NCBI GenBank assembly: GCA_031269865.1
Contig: JAISYO010000043.1
Location: 374-64,373 of the forward strand
From: Dysgonamonadaceae bacterium
GTDB lineage: Bacteria; Bacteroidota; Bacteroidia; Bacteroidales; Dysgonomonadaceae
Length of the DNA stretch: 64,000 bases
Direction of reading: 5' to 3'
A program made the position numbers and the translations under genes. The notes beneath the pieces were generated by a model that searched no databases, was not told where the DNA came from, and was given only the letters and a program-made list of their open reading frames with translations. This document shows, in pieces, positions 19,352 through 29,615 of the stretch (position 1 is the stretch's first letter; each line of letters opens with the position of its first letter).

Positions 19352-20851
19352 ATGGCGGGAGGAATGAAAACATTGGCGAAGGAAACTGCCATTTACGGCG
19401 TAAGCAGCATTTTGGGGAAATTCTTGAATTGGCTGCTGACACCGTTGTGGAGTTATGTACTTATCAATCAGTCGCAAATGGGCGAAGTGGGGCTTCTGTA
19501 CAGTTGGACGGCGTTGATCATCGTCGTTTTGACTTACGGAATGGAAACCGGACTTTTCCGCTTCGCGAACAAGGAAAAGGAAAATCCGAACACCGTTTAT
19601 TCCACCACGCTCATCAGCATCGGGGCTACTTCGTTGCTTTTCGTGGCGGTGGCGATATTGTTTTTGCAACCCTTCAGCACCGTTTTCGGTAGTCCCAACA
19701 TCAAACCGCACTACGTCCTGCTGCTGACGATTATTCTCGGATTAGATGCGTTCAGCGCGATACCCTTCGCATACCTGCGGTTTCAGAAACGCCCGATCCG
19801 CTTTGCCTCTATCCAAATCCTGAACGTGGTGGCAACCATCGTGTTCAACCTGTTTTTCTTTGTCGCCTGTCCGTGGTTGGCGGTTAAATTCCCCGAAACT
19901 TTTGCGTGGTTCGACATTCGCAACGGTGTTGATTTTATTCTCATTTCCAATCTCTTGGCATCGTCTATCCGATTATTGCTTCTCTCGCCGCAACTCAACG
20001 TGAAATATGTTTTCGATGCGAAACTGCTTCGGAAAATGCTCGCCTATTCGCTTCCGTTGCTCGTGTTGGGCTTCGCGGGAATTATGAATCAGATCCTCGA
20101 CAAGATTCTTTACCCCTACCTGTCCACCGAACCTGACTTTATGGAACAATTGGGCGTTTATTCGGCATCGTTTAAGATCGCCGTAATTATGGTTATGTTC
20201 GCCCAAGCCTTCCGTTACGCCTTCGAGCCGTTCATTTTTGCGAAAAACAAAGAGCCGGGCAACGACAACCGCAACGCCTATTCCGAGGCGACACGCTATT
20301 TCATTCTCTTCGGGCTGCTCATTTTCTTGGCGGTAACGGGTTATATGGACATTATCAAATACTTGCTGAAATCAACCTACCACGAAGGATTGCAAATCGT
20401 CCCCATCGTGATGATAGGCGAACTGTTTTTCGGCGTTTATTTCAACTTGTCGTTGTGGTACAAACTAACCGACAAGACGCAGTGGGGGACTTACCTCTCG
20501 ATTTTCGGACTGGCGATAACGCTGGCGATAAATATCCTCTTCGTGCCGCAATTCGGGTATATGGCTTGCGCGTGGGCTTCGTTTTTCGCCAACGTCGCGA
20601 TGATGCTCGCCTCTTATTTCCTCGGACAGAAGTACTACCCGATCAACTACAATCTGAAATCGGCGGCGACTTTTTTCGCGCTGGCGCTGGTGTTGTACGC
20701 CGGCATCGCGCTCTCGCACCGATATGTCGGCTCGGTTTGGTTGCGATTGCTCATCAACAGCGTTATTGTGGCGGTTTATATGCTGGCAGTTATCAAAAAA
20801 GAAGTACCTTTGCGGGAAATTCCCGTCATCGGGCGTTATTTCAAAAAATAG
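19352..20851 (+). CDS. MOP-superfamily polysaccharide/oligosaccharide flippase (Wzx-like)
   Basis: 499 aa with about 12-14 hydrophobic helices. The start may instead be the Met of MKTLAKE at 19364. Confidence 0.7.
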   Translation: MAGGMKTLAKETAIYGVSSILGKFLNWLLTPLWSYVLINQSQMGEVGLLYSWTALIIVVLTYGMETGLFRFANKEKENPNTVYSTTLISIGATSLLFVAVAILFLQPFSTVFGSPNIKPHYVLLLTIILGLDAFSAIPFAYLRFQKRPIRFASIQILNVVATIVFNLFFFVACPWLAVKFPETFAWFDIRNGVDFILISNLLASSIRLLLLSPQLNVKYVFDAKLLRKMLAYSLPLLVLGFAGIMNQILDKILYPYLSTEPDFMEQLGVYSASFKIAVIMVMFAQAFRYAFEPFIFAKNKEPGNDNRNAYSEATRYFILFGLLIFLAVTGYMDIIKYLLKSTYHEGLQIVPIVMIGELFFGVYFNLSLWYKLTDKTQWGTYLSIFGLAITLAINILFVPQFGYMACAWASFFANVAMMLASYFLGQKYYPINYNLKSAATFFALALVLYAGIALSHRYVGSVWLRLLINSVIVAVYMLAVIKKEVPLREIPVIGRYFKK

Positions 20852-20881
20852 AAAACAGTTTAATATAGATTTTACAAAAAA

Positions 20882-23014
20882 ATGAAAAAGATTTTCCTTA
20901 CTTTATCCGTTGTTTTATTGGCGTTGGCGGCAAAAGCCGACGAAGGAATGTGGCTGCTAAAAGAGCTGAACCGCGAGAGCGTTGCCCGTATGAAAGAATT
21001 GGGTTTCACGTTCCCCATCAACAAGTTGTACGACGAGAACAACCCTTCGCTGAAAGACGCGGTGGTTATTTTCGGGCGCGGTTGTTCGGGCGTGGCGGTT
21101 TCCGATCAGGGGCTTATTTTTACCAACCACCATTGCGGTTACGGCAACATTCAGAAACTGAGTTCCGTTGAACACGATTACCTGAAAGACGGTTTCGCCG
21201 CCACCAAAAAGGCGGACGAGCTTCCTGCCGATGGACTTACCGTTTCGTTTTTGCGCAGTATGGACGAAGTTACCGATCAAATCCTGCCGAAAGTGCCGTT
21301 GGTGTTGAGCGAGATACAGCGCAGCAAACTCATCGATTCGCTCACGAACGACATTCTGCAAGTCTATGAAAAAAATCCTTTCCTTTCCGCACGCATCATT
21401 CCTTTTTACAACAGAAACAAATACTACAAGGTGGTTTACGACGTTTTCCGCGATGTGCGCTTGGCGGTAGCGCCCTCTTCGTCCCTCGGAAAATTTGGTG
21501 GCGACACCGACAACTGGATGTGGCCCCGCCAAACCTGCGATTTTTCGGTTTTCCGCGTATATGCCGACAAAAATAACAAACCTGCCGAATACAACGTCGG
21601 GAACGTGCCCTACAAACCCAAATACGTGGTTCCAGTTTCGTTGGCTGGCGTGAAAGAAAACGATTACGCAATGACTATCGGCTATCCGGGCAGCACCAAC
21701 CGCTATTTGTCGTCGTGGGGTATCCGCCAAATGATGGAATCGGAAAACAAACCCCGCATCGAGGTGCGCGGCGTGAAGCAGGATATTTGGAAAAGCGCGA
21801 TGGTTAAAAGCGATGCCATCCGCATCAAATACGCCTCGAAATACGCCGGAAGTTCCAACTATTGGAAAAACGCGATGGGAATGAACGAGGCGCTCGTCAG
21901 ACTGAACGTGCTGGCGAAAAAAGAAAAATTGGAAGCGGGCTTAGCCAAGTGGATTGCTTCAAGCCCCGCCAACAAAGCCAAATACGGCGGTATGCTCGAC
22001 ACCCTGCGCAACGCCTACACCCAATCGGACGAGCAGGCGAAATACATTACCTATTTCCTCGAAACCTTCAACAATGGCATCGAGCTGATCCGTTTCGCCA
22101 ACACCATCTTACAATTCGACGCCAACGGCACGGAAGAGGACAAAGAAGATTTCGTCAAGGATCGGTTGATCAATTCATACAAGGACTACGAGCCGGAACT
22201 CGACAAGAAAGTGCTTCCCGCCCTGATGAAGCTGTACGCCGAGCGCGTTCCCGAAGAATACCACCCCGACATTTACAAAACCATCGCCGATGATTTCGGC
22301 GGCGATTACCAAAAATATGCCGATTGGTTATTTGACAACTCTAAATTCGTGGACTTCCCCACCTTAATTGAATTATTGAAAACCGCCGACACGCAAGAGC
22401 TGATCAAAGATCCGGCGATGAAACTCGCCCTTTCGGTGCAGGATATGGGCTACGAACTGACGGCAGGGAAAATGATGGCGGACTACGAAAAAATTATGGG
22501 AAGCGAACGCCAATTTATGGTTGCCCTGATGGAAATGAAACAAGGGGTTGCATTCTATCCCGACGCCACCTTCACGCAACGCCTCAGCTACGGCTCGGTA
22601 AAAGGATACCAACCGCGCGATGCCGTTTGGTACGACTATCTCAGCACCACCAACGGCGTTTTGGAAAAACAAAAGCCGGGCGATCCCGAATTTAATGTGC
22701 AACCCCGCATCCTCGATTTGTTGAGGCAGGGGGACTTCGGACAGTATGCCGACAAGCAGGGGAAACTGAACGCCTGTTTCCTTTCCAACAACGACATTAC
22801 CGGTGGAAATTCCGGCAGTCCGGTGTTCAACGGAAAAGCCGAACTGATCGGCTTGGCTTTCGACGGCAATTGGGAAGCGTTGAGCGGCGACATTGTTTTC
22901 GAACCCGAAATGCAACGCACCATCAGCGTGGACATTCGCTACGTGCTTTACACGATCGACAAGGTTATGAACGCGCCCCAACTCATCAAAGAATTGACGG
23001 TGGCGAAGAAATAA
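20882..23014 (+). CDS. S46-family dipeptidyl-peptidase (DPP7/DPP11 type)
   Basis: 710 aa with a signal peptide followed by DEGMWL, catalytic His block NHHCGY and Ser block GGNSGSPV. Confidence 0.9.
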   Translation: MKKIFLTLSVVLLALAAKADEGMWLLKELNRESVARMKELGFTFPINKLYDENNPSLKDAVVIFGRGCSGVAVSDQGLIFTNHHCGYGNIQKLSSVEHDYLKDGFAATKKADELPADGLTVSFLRSMDEVTDQILPKVPLVLSEIQRSKLIDSLTNDILQVYEKNPFLSARIIPFYNRNKYYKVVYDVFRDVRLAVAPSSSLGKFGGDTDNWMWPRQTCDFSVFRVYADKNNKPAEYNVGNVPYKPKYVVPVSLAGVKENDYAMTIGYPGSTNRYLSSWGIRQMMESENKPRIEVRGVKQDIWKSAMVKSDAIRIKYASKYAGSSNYWKNAMGMNEALVRLNVLAKKEKLEAGLAKWIASSPANKAKYGGMLDTLRNAYTQSDEQAKYITYFLETFNNGIELIRFANTILQFDANGTEEDKEDFVKDRLINSYKDYEPELDKKVLPALMKLYAERVPEEYHPDIYKTIADDFGGDYQKYADWLFDNSKFVDFPTLIELLKTADTQELIKDPAMKLALSVQDMGYELTAGKMMADYEKIMGSERQFMVALMEMKQGVAFYPDATFTQRLSYGSVKGYQPRDAVWYDYLSTTNGVLEKQKPGDPEFNVQPRILDLLRQGDFGQYADKQGKLNACFLSNNDITGGNSGSPVFNGKAELIGLAFDGNWEALSGDIVFEPEMQRTISVDIRYVLYTIDKVMNAPQLIKELTVAKK

Positions 23015-23272
23015 GTACCTTCGTCAGTTTATCATTCCGCTTGCGACAAGGCAATGCGGAAGCCCAGACTATCGCTGCGATAGTCTGGGCTTCCAAAATC
23101 GCGAACCGAAACGACAAATTCGTAGGGCGAGCTGTGATCAAACGAAACGCCATTCACGGTTTCAGTGTAATTGCGCGTTTGCCGAGAAAATGCTTGCAAG
23201 GCAAAGGATTATCGTTGTTGGAAGTAGATTTTTGTTCATCATTCGGCGTAGTTATAAAAGTTTAATTTACAA

Positions 23273-24484
23273 TTACTTAAACAAGCGGAGCCCCCTCGAT
23301 TTCTTTTCTTTTTTGGCTTCCGAAGGCGGTACCGTCAGGTAGTTTTTCACGGGGTTTCCGTATATATTGATGATGCAGCTGCGCAGAAAAGCCGCGTCCC
23401 GCCTCGGCATCACTATCTTATCTATCTGCCTTTCGAGGTATTTCTCGAACCTGCCCACGTCCTTCGACGTATAATTGCGCTTAAACGTCGTCGTGCCCGT
23501 CATCAAGTCGTAGGCGACATAATTGAAGGGAAGGAAAACATAATTCCTATAAATTTCGGCGTCAATCAATTCGGCGGTTTTCTGTGTGAAATCGGAATGG
23601 TTCAGCGTGGAATCAATTTTGTCGAATTGGGGGTTGATACATTCCCCGAACTTGAAATAAACGTGCCCCTTAAATCCCACAAGCCCGGTAATCATACTTT
23701 CCAAATCGTCCATCAAGGTTTTTTTGAATTCGGGGTTGTCGCGCTTCAACTGCATCTCTTTTGCTTTGAGGTAATCGCAGGGATCCAACTCGTAAGAGAA
23801 AGTCAATGGGGTTATATTCAAATCTTTAAGTGTCTTCAACGGGGAAGTGTCCCCCGACAACGAGAGCATTTTCAACAGGCTTGCCTGCGTTTTATCGTCC
23901 GAATTTTTAGCCCGCCCCTCGCGTTGGGCAATCCACACGGATTCTTTGTTATCCACGACGACGTGGTGTATGTAATCCGACAGGTGCTTTGCCGCTTCCA
24001 ACTTCTGCCTGAGCGTCGCGCTTCTTTTCACGATGAAACTCTTGTTCAGCCGCATCAGGTTGGAAATCCACGGATAAATCAGCAGGTTGTCCCCGATGGC
24101 TACTTCGGTGGTTGACAAGCCTTTACTCATCATTCCGATATTGAGGAAAGAGGCGTCCAAGATAATATCGCGATGATTGGATATGAAAACCTGGCTTTCG
24201 CCCCCGCGCATCACTTTATCCCAATTGAGGCCCTCTACGCCGAGCGTCGTTTTCTTTATCAAATTGGCAAAAACCGGATAAATCACGCCCAGCTGAAAGT
24301 CGGATATGGTTTTGCACGCACCCATATTCGATTCGAGATCGCCCCATTTTATCGGTTTGATAAAAGGTTCGACAGCCCGCCTGAAATAATAATTCGTCAG
24401 CAAATCCTTGATGGTTGCGACAGCCTCGTCGTCCCTGAGCGGACGAATATCGTCGAAAGGTTTATCGGCTTTTGTTTTTATCAT
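23273..24484 (-). CDS. PlsC-family acyltransferase (HX4D)
   Basis: The NHRDIILD motif is present. I chose the start at Met16 of the tracked ORF (MIKTKADKPF), 7 nt after the ddl stop. The longer ORF would overlap ddl by 38 nt. Confidence 0.7.
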   Translation of the reverse strand: MIKTKADKPFDDIRPLRDDEAVATIKDLLTNYYFRRAVEPFIKPIKWGDLESNMGACKTISDFQLGVIYPVFANLIKKTTLGVEGLNWDKVMRGGESQVFISNHRDIILDASFLNIGMMSKGLSTTEVAIGDNLLIYPWISNLMRLNKSFIVKRSATLRQKLEAAKHLSDYIHHVVVDNKESVWIAQREGRAKNSDDKTQASLLKMLSLSGDTSPLKTLKDLNITPLTFSYELDPCDYLKAKEMQLKRDNPEFKKTLMDDLESMITGLVGFKGHVYFKFGECINPQFDKIDSTLNHSDFTQKTAELIDAEIYRNYVFLPFNYVAYDLMTGTTTFKRNYTSKDVGRFEKYLERQIDKIVMPRRDAAFLRSCIINIYGNPVKNYLTVPPSEAKKEKKSRGLRLFK

Positions 24485-24491
24485 AACGATT

Positions 24492-25484
24492 TTATCTTTC
24501 GGCTGTTTCCTGAATACTTTCAAATTCAATTATATCGTCCAAAACAGCCTTCATCGACAATCCGGCGGCTACCACTTGTTGCGGTATAAAACTTGTAACA
24601 GTCATACCCGGTGTCGTGTTCACTTCGAGAAGCACCGGATTGCCGTTAGATACGATGAAATCGGCGCGGATAATCCCTTTTGCACCCACCCAATCGTAGA
24701 TTTGCGCCGTCAAGTCCTGAATTTTTTTCGTCATCTCGTCGGGGATACGCGCCGGGGTTATTTCCTGCACCTGCCCTCTGTACTTGGCTTTATAATCAAA
24801 AAATTCGTTTTTCGGCATCACTTCGGTTAAGGGCAGGACGGTAAGCCCCTTCGCCGTCTTGAAACAACCGCAGGTAACTTCCGTGCCCGGCACAAAACTT
24901 TCCACGATGACTTCCGGCGCTTCCTCGAAGGCACTTTTTATCGCCATTTGCAATTGCGACGGCTCTTTTACCTTCGTGGTTGCGAAACTCGATCCGCCCA
25001 CGTTGGGCTTCACGAAAACAGGCAGTCCGAGCCGAGCCACGATTGCCGCGCCGTCATAAGCTGTGCCGCGCCGAATGAGTAGCGAATCCGCCACCTGCAC
25101 GCCGAAACTCGCCAAGTATCTATTGCAAGTGAATTTGCTGAAAGTCAGTGCCGAAGCCAACACGCCACAATTGGAATACGGTATGCCCTGCATATCGAGA
25201 TAGCCCTGCAAGGTGCCATCTTCGCCGGGGGTGCCGTGAACAGTAATGTAGGCAAAGTCGAAGCGTTTTTTCTCGCCGCGATACGTAAAGCTGAACGTGT
25301 TTTTATCAACCGGGTATATCACGCCCTTGTATTCCACCTTCCACGAATGACGGTTGATTTTTACCATATATACCTTGTACTTACTTTTGTCGATAAAAGA
25401 ATAGATGCCTTTGGCACTTCGTGCCGAGACTTCCCTTTCGGACGAGTATCCGCCCCAAACAATTGCAATTTTCTTTCTTCTCAT
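24492..25484 (-). CDS. ddl: D-alanine--D-alanine ligase
   Basis: 330 aa ATP-grasp protein with blocks LHGTPGEDG-like VHGTPGEDGTLQG and LEVNTTPGMT. Confidence 0.93.
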   Translation of the reverse strand: MRRKKIAIVWGGYSSEREVSARSAKGIYSFIDKSKYKVYMVKINRHSWKVEYKGVIYPVDKNTFSFTYRGEKKRFDFAYITVHGTPGEDGTLQGYLDMQGIPYSNCGVLASALTFSKFTCNRYLASFGVQVADSLLIRRGTAYDGAAIVARLGLPVFVKPNVGGSSFATTKVKEPSQLQMAIKSAFEEAPEVIVESFVPGTEVTCGCFKTAKGLTVLPLTEVMPKNEFFDYKAKYRGQVQEITPARIPDEMTKKIQDLTAQIYDWVGAKGIIRADFIVSNGNPVLLEVNTTPGMTVTSFIPQQVVAAGLSMKAVLDDIIEFESIQETAER

Positions 25485-25613
25485 ACAATTATTTTATTTT
25501 TGTTGGTGTATGCAACCTTCGATGATTTCTATAATTCTCATTATCAATCACTCCCCCCTTAATTCCTAATTCCAAACACCCAAACCTCATTCTCAATTCT
25601 TATTTCTTATTTC

Positions 25614-26687
25614 TCACCGCATTGCCGTATAACCCCGCCACTTGTCAATCACGGCTTGCATATCCGCCGGAAGGGGACTGGCGAAAAACAGCTCTTCCCT
25701 CGTGCGCGGGTGCACAAAACCCAAGGTTTCGGCGTGAAGGCACTGTCGCGGACAAATCGCAAAGCAGTTATACACAAACTGTTTGTACTTCGCGAAATGC
25801 GTTCCGCGCAAGATTTCGTTTCCGCCGTAACGCTCGTCGTTGAACAAGGGGTGCCCGATATATTTCAGATGCACACGTATTTGATGCGTGCGCCCCGTTT
25901 CCAAACGGCATTGCACGAGCGTAACGTAGCCGAAGCGTTCCAACACCTTGTAGTGCGTAACGGCAGGTTTGCCCTGTTCCCCGTCGGGAAAAACGCGCAT
26001 CAACATTCTGTCCTTCGGATCGCGCCCCAAATTCCCCTCGATGCGCCCCTCGTCGTTTTCCACGTTCCCCCAAACCAAGGCGACGTATTGTCTTTTCGTC
26101 GTCTTTTTGTAAAACTGCGCCGACAAATCGGTTTTCGCTTCGGGCGTTTTCGCGACGAGCAGCAGCCCCGACGTGTCTTTGTCGATGCGGTGCACCAAGC
26201 CCAAGCGCGAGTCGTCCATCTCGATGCCCTCTTCGTAGCGCAGATAATACGCGAGCGCGTTTACCAATGTCCCCGTGTAATTTCCGTGTCCAGGGTGCAC
26301 CACCAATCCGGCAGGTTTGTCGATAACTAACAGATCATCGTCCTCATACACAACGCGAAGGGGTATGTCTTCGGGAACGATTTCAAGCTCGCGGCGCGGC
26401 GTGTCCATCACGATAGAGATCACGTCCTCAGGCTTCACTTTGTAGCTCGACTTCACGGCGACGTCGTTCACGAGGATACACCCGGCGTCAGCCGCCTGTT
26501 GGATACGGTTGCGCGAGATGCCCTCTATGCGATCAAACAAAAATTTGTCGATGCGCAACAAACCCTGCCCCTTATCCGCCACAAAGCGAAAATGCTCGTA
26601 TTTTTGTCCCTTGTCCAAATCGGAAGAAAAATCTTCGTCATCTTCCATAAAATCGCGTATATCTATGTCGCTATCAGCCACTTTCAA
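25614..26687 (-). CDS. rluD: RluA-family 23S rRNA pseudouridine synthase (RluD-like)
   Basis: 357 aa with an S4 domain and the catalytic block HRIDKDTSGLLL. Confidence 0.9.
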   Translation of the reverse strand: MKVADSDIDIRDFMEDDEDFSSDLDKGQKYEHFRFVADKGQGLLRIDKFLFDRIEGISRNRIQQAADAGCILVNDVAVKSSYKVKPEDVISIVMDTPRRELEIVPEDIPLRVVYEDDDLLVIDKPAGLVVHPGHGNYTGTLVNALAYYLRYEEGIEMDDSRLGLVHRIDKDTSGLLLVAKTPEAKTDLSAQFYKKTTKRQYVALVWGNVENDEGRIEGNLGRDPKDRMLMRVFPDGEQGKPAVTHYKVLERFGYVTLVQCRLETGRTHQIRVHLKYIGHPLFNDERYGGNEILRGTHFAKYKQFVYNCFAICPRQCLHAETLGFVHPRTREELFFASPLPADMQAVIDKWRGYTAMR

Positions 26688-26695
26688 AAGGAAAA

Positions 26696-27370
26696 TTAAA
26701 AGAATTGCCCGTCCAAGTCGTCTTGCGAGGACGCTTGGGTTTCCCGTCCGTCAGGCGGGACAATGGAATTGCCGTCCACCCCAAGGGAATCGGGCATCAC
26801 GCCGCCGCCGTTGCCCACAACGAGTTTCAGCGCGGAACCGGCGGGCACTTTTTCATCGGGCGAAAGCCTCTTCCCCCGATATTCCACGCCGATGACCAAA
26901 CCCTCGTACTGCGAAGGTATCCGCTCGATGTCTATCTGCGTGAAACCGATGGAATTGAGCAACGCCAACGCCTGTCGTGAAGAGTAATCCATCACGCCCG
27001 GCACGGCTACCTGCTGCGGATTTTTTGAGTAAACGGTAACGTAAATGGCTCGCCCCTTCTTCACTTTGTTGTCGGCTTTCGGTATTTGCGACAAGATGGC
27101 GCCGGGTACGGAATTTTTTCGGTATATCGAATCAACTATTTCTGCGTGAAGCCCTTTCGATGTCAATATTACCTTTGCCTCGTTCATTTGCAAGCCGTAG
27201 AGCGACGGCACAATCACATCGTTGTTGTGCCGCGTGTAGATCCGCAGCAAAAAAAGCGTCAGCAGCAAAAGGCACAAGGCAAGCACGGCAACCGCCAAGA
27301 GATTTTTGACGATGCTGTTCCCCAAAAAGCCCCGGACGTCCCGATTGTATTTTTTCTTATTCATAAGCAA
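26696..27370 (-). CDS. Membrane-anchored PASTA-domain protein
   Basis: 224 aa with one TM helix followed by two PASTA-like repeats (VPSLYGLQMNEAKVIL..., VAVPGVMDYSSRQALALL...). Confidence 0.65.
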   Translation of the reverse strand: MLMNKKKYNRDVRGFLGNSIVKNLLAVAVLALCLLLLTLFLLRIYTRHNNDVIVPSLYGLQMNEAKVILTSKGLHAEIVDSIYRKNSVPGAILSQIPKADNKVKKGRAIYVTVYSKNPQQVAVPGVMDYSSRQALALLNSIGFTQIDIERIPSQYEGLVIGVEYRGKRLSPDEKVPAGSALKLVVGNGGGVMPDSLGVDGNSIVPPDGRETQASSQDDLDGQFF

Positions 27371-27410
27371 TGAGAACCTTTAAGTTAAACGAAACCTCGC
27401 GTTTCCCACA

Positions 27411-27418
27411 CAAAAATA
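27411..27418 (-). promoter_or_regulatory. -7 box TATTTTTG for the PASTA-rluD-ddl-acyltransferase unit
   Basis: Plus strand reads CAAAAATA, 41 nt upstream of the ATG at 27370. Confidence 0.45.
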
Positions 27419-27456
27419 GGTAAAAGTTTGCACCTGCACAAAAGAAAAACACAAAA

Positions 27457-27482
27457 GCAAGAATAACCGCTTGTATTCTTGC
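27457..27482 (-). terminator. Intrinsic terminator of rpmH
   Basis: 9-bp stem GCAAGAATA/TATTCTTGC. It is followed on the minus strand by TTTTGTGTTTTTCTTTT, about 90 nt after the rpmH stop. Confidence 0.5.
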
Positions 27483-27571
27483 TTCCCTATTCGGTAGAAA
27501 AAACTTTTTCAGAATGTGTCTTTGAATTTTTTTCCGACAAACGGCGTTCCTCGCAAAATTCAAAGCCTCGC

Positions 27572-27718
27572 TCAATACTCGTCGGACACCGATAACTTGG
27601 CGCGACCTTTTGCACGACGGCTCGCAAGCACTTTCCGTCCGTTTTTGCTTGCCATACGGCTACGGAATCCGTGTTTGTTTTTTCTCTTTGTGTTCGAAGG
27701 TTGGAATGTTCTTTTCAT
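27572..27718 (-). CDS. rpmH: 50S ribosomal protein L34
   Basis: My hand translation gives [48 protein letters not shown] (48 aa). This ORF is not in the ORF track. Confidence 0.9.
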   Translation of the reverse strand: MKRTFQPSNTKRKNKHGFRSRMASKNGRKVLASRRAKGRAKLSVSDEY

Positions 27719-27761
27719 CGTTATATTTATTTTTTGTTTTGTCGATTTTACATACGGGTTG

Positions 27762-27769
27762 CAAAATTA
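27762..27769 (-). promoter_or_regulatory. -7 box TAATTTTG for rpmH
   Basis: Plus strand reads CAAAATTA, 44 nt upstream of the ATG at 27718. Confidence 0.45.
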
Positions 27770-27911
27770 GACAAAATAGTTGAATTGTCCAACTCTCTCC
27801 CAATTTTTTTTTTGCTAATCCCAAGAATCAAGAACCAAGAGCCAAGAATCAAGGCAATTGACAATGAAAGGTTAAAGGCTAAGGATAAAAAGGTTAAAGG
27901 GAATACAGAAT

Positions 27912-28110
27912 TAAGAAACTGTTTAAATTTTAACGAACTATTTTATTATATGCCTTATAAACTGTTCTCAGCTTCTTTTTCCTGCTCTTTTAAGCGTCTT
28001 TTTCACTTTTAATTTTTGATTTAGCCCGCTAAATCTTCAACTGAAAAGCAAAAAATCCATCTTGAAATAGCTATAAAAAAAGATGAGCCGTAAAATTTAA
28101 ACAGCTTCTA
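27912..28110. repeat. MITE-like element with imperfect terminal inverted repeats (TAAGAAACTGTTTAAATTTTAACG ... CGTAAAATTTAAACAGCTTCTA)
   Basis: The left ~95 bp (27912-28005) is repeated at 45253-45337. The 20-nt core TAAGAAACTGTTTAAATTTT is also at 6433-6452. Confidence 0.6.
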
Positions 28111-28209
28111 AGAGGGCGGTGCACCGTCATTCCGTCTTGGCTTTTGGCTTTTAGCCCTCAATTTTCCATTCTTTTCCAAAAAACATTTTGCAGTTTGAGA
28201 AAAATACTC

Positions 28210-28217
28210 TATATTTG
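28210..28217 (+). promoter_or_regulatory. -7 box TATATTTG with a -33-like TTTG (28187-28190) for tRNA-Glu/rpsT
   Basis: 19-nt spacing between the two boxes. It lies 52 nt upstream of the tRNA 5' end. Confidence 0.55.
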
Positions 28218-28268
28218 CACCCTCAATTTGAGCAGCCCCCTTTTGAGCGGGTGTTTGGATTGTCCGAT

Positions 28269-28343
28269 GGCCCATTCGTCTATCGGTTAGGACGCAAGAT
28301 TTTCATTCTTGAAAGAGGGGTTCGATTCCCCTATGGGCTACCA
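28269..28343 (+). tRNA. tRNA-Glu (anticodon UUC), CCA encoded
   Basis: Hand-folded cloverleaf: acceptor GGCCCAT/ATGGGCT, D stem GTCT/GGAC, anticodon stem CAAGA/TCTTG with loop TTTTCAT, T arm AGGGG-TTCGATT-CCCCT, then ACCA. Confidence 0.9.
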
Positions 28344-28381
28344 ATAATAATAAGAAAACATATTTTTTCAGTCGAATAAAA

Positions 28382-28636
28382 ATGGCAAATCACAAATCAG
28401 CAGAAAAAAGAATCAGACAGACAAAAGTTCGTCGCCTGAGCAATCGCTATGTTGCCCGCACTACCCGCAACTCGGTACGCAAACTACGCGCCACCACCTC
28501 GAAAGAGGAAGCACAAAAAATGTATCCCGAAGTTTGCTCTATGTTGGACAAGTTGGCGAAGAAAAACGTAATCCATCAGAACAAAGCGAACAATCTGAAA
28601 TCCAAATTGGCTTTGCACGTCAATAAATTGGCTTAA
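28382..28636 (+). CDS. rpsT: 30S ribosomal protein S20
   Basis: 84 aa. The N-terminus [13 protein letters not shown] is typical of S20. Confidence 0.95.
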   Translation: MANHKSAEKRIRQTKVRRLSNRYVARTTRNSVRKLRATTSKEEAQKMYPEVCSMLDKLAKKNVIHQNKANNLKSKLALHVNKLA

Positions 28637-28733
28637 AGGACGTTTCCGTCCCGCATATCGTTTAAGTTGAGGTCGTCAATCGCAGTTGGCGACCTTTTCT
28701 CTTTCCCCATATTGCAACTTGCGCCAAAGTTTG

Positions 28734-28741
28734 TATCTTTG
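28734..28741 (+). promoter_or_regulatory. -7 box TATCTTTG for the pan-coa cluster
   Basis: 39 nt upstream of the panB ATG at 28780. Confidence 0.5.
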
Positions 28742-28779
28742 CCGCGGATTTAATTCGGGAAAACTTCAAAAGAAAACAG

Positions 28780-29595
28780 ATGGATCAGAAATTCACTATA
28801 AATTCATTCGGGCAACGCAAGGCTGCGAGGCGGAAAATCGCGATGCTTACCGCTTACGATTATTCCACCGCACGGCTGTTGGACGAAGCCGGCATCGACG
28901 TGCTGTTGGTTGGCGACTCGCTCGGAATGGTGGTGCAGGGCAACGAAAACACCCTTCCCGTAACTGTCGACGAGATGATTTACCACGCCAAAGCCGTGAA
29001 AAAAGGGGCGAAAAACGCCTTCATATTGGTGGATATGCCCTTCCTGTCCTACCACGTTTCCGTTGAAGAGGCGGTTCGAAACGCGGGGCGGATCATCAAG
29101 GAAAGCGATGCCAACGCGGTAAAGATAGAGGGGGGCGACAAGGTTCTCGAAGCCATTTCAGCCATCATCGCCGCGCAAATCCCCGTCGTCGGGCATTTGG
29201 GGCTTACGCCTCAATCGGTGCACGTTTTCGGGGGCTTCAAGGTGCAGGGTAAAAACAGCGGGCAGGCGCAAAAAATCGTCGATCAGGCGAAACGCTTGGA
29301 ACAAGCCGGCGTTTGCGCCATCGTGCTCGAATGTGTGCCTTGGGAACTTGCCCGTGTCATTACCGACACGCTGACAATCCCCACAATCGGTATCGGCGCA
29401 GGAAGATATTGCGATGGGCAGGTGTTGGTTATCAACGATATGTTGGGGCTGTCGGGCGATTTCGCCCCGAAATTCGTCAAACGCTTTGCCGACGTGGGCA
29501 AAATGCTGAAAAGCGCAGTTGGGGGCTATATCCGTGAAATCAACGACGGCGATTTTCCCACGGAACAACATAGTTTCACGTCGAAAAACGATTAA
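28780..29595 (+). CDS. panB: 3-methyl-2-oxobutanoate hydroxymethyltransferase
   Basis: 271 aa with blocks MLTAYD, LVGDSLGMV and VKIEGG. Confidence 0.95.
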   Translation: MDQKFTINSFGQRKAARRKIAMLTAYDYSTARLLDEAGIDVLLVGDSLGMVVQGNENTLPVTVDEMIYHAKAVKKGAKNAFILVDMPFLSYHVSVEEAVRNAGRIIKESDANAVKIEGGDKVLEAISAIIAAQIPVVGHLGLTPQSVHVFGGFKVQGKNSGQAQKIVDQAKRLEQAGVCAIVLECVPWELARVITDTLTIPTIGIGAGRYCDGQVLVINDMLGLSGDFAPKFVKRFADVGKMLKSAVGGYIREINDGDFPTEQHSFTSKND

Positions 29596-29615
29596 CCGCT
29601 AAACACGCTAAAAAA

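Noticed and set aside
19210-19692. 160-aa plus-strand ORF upstream of and overlapping the flippase gene, plus the antisense 134-aa ORF at 19307-19711
   Set aside because: They overlap the well-supported membrane flippase frame, have Arg/Gly/His-rich non-membrane composition, and show no motifs.
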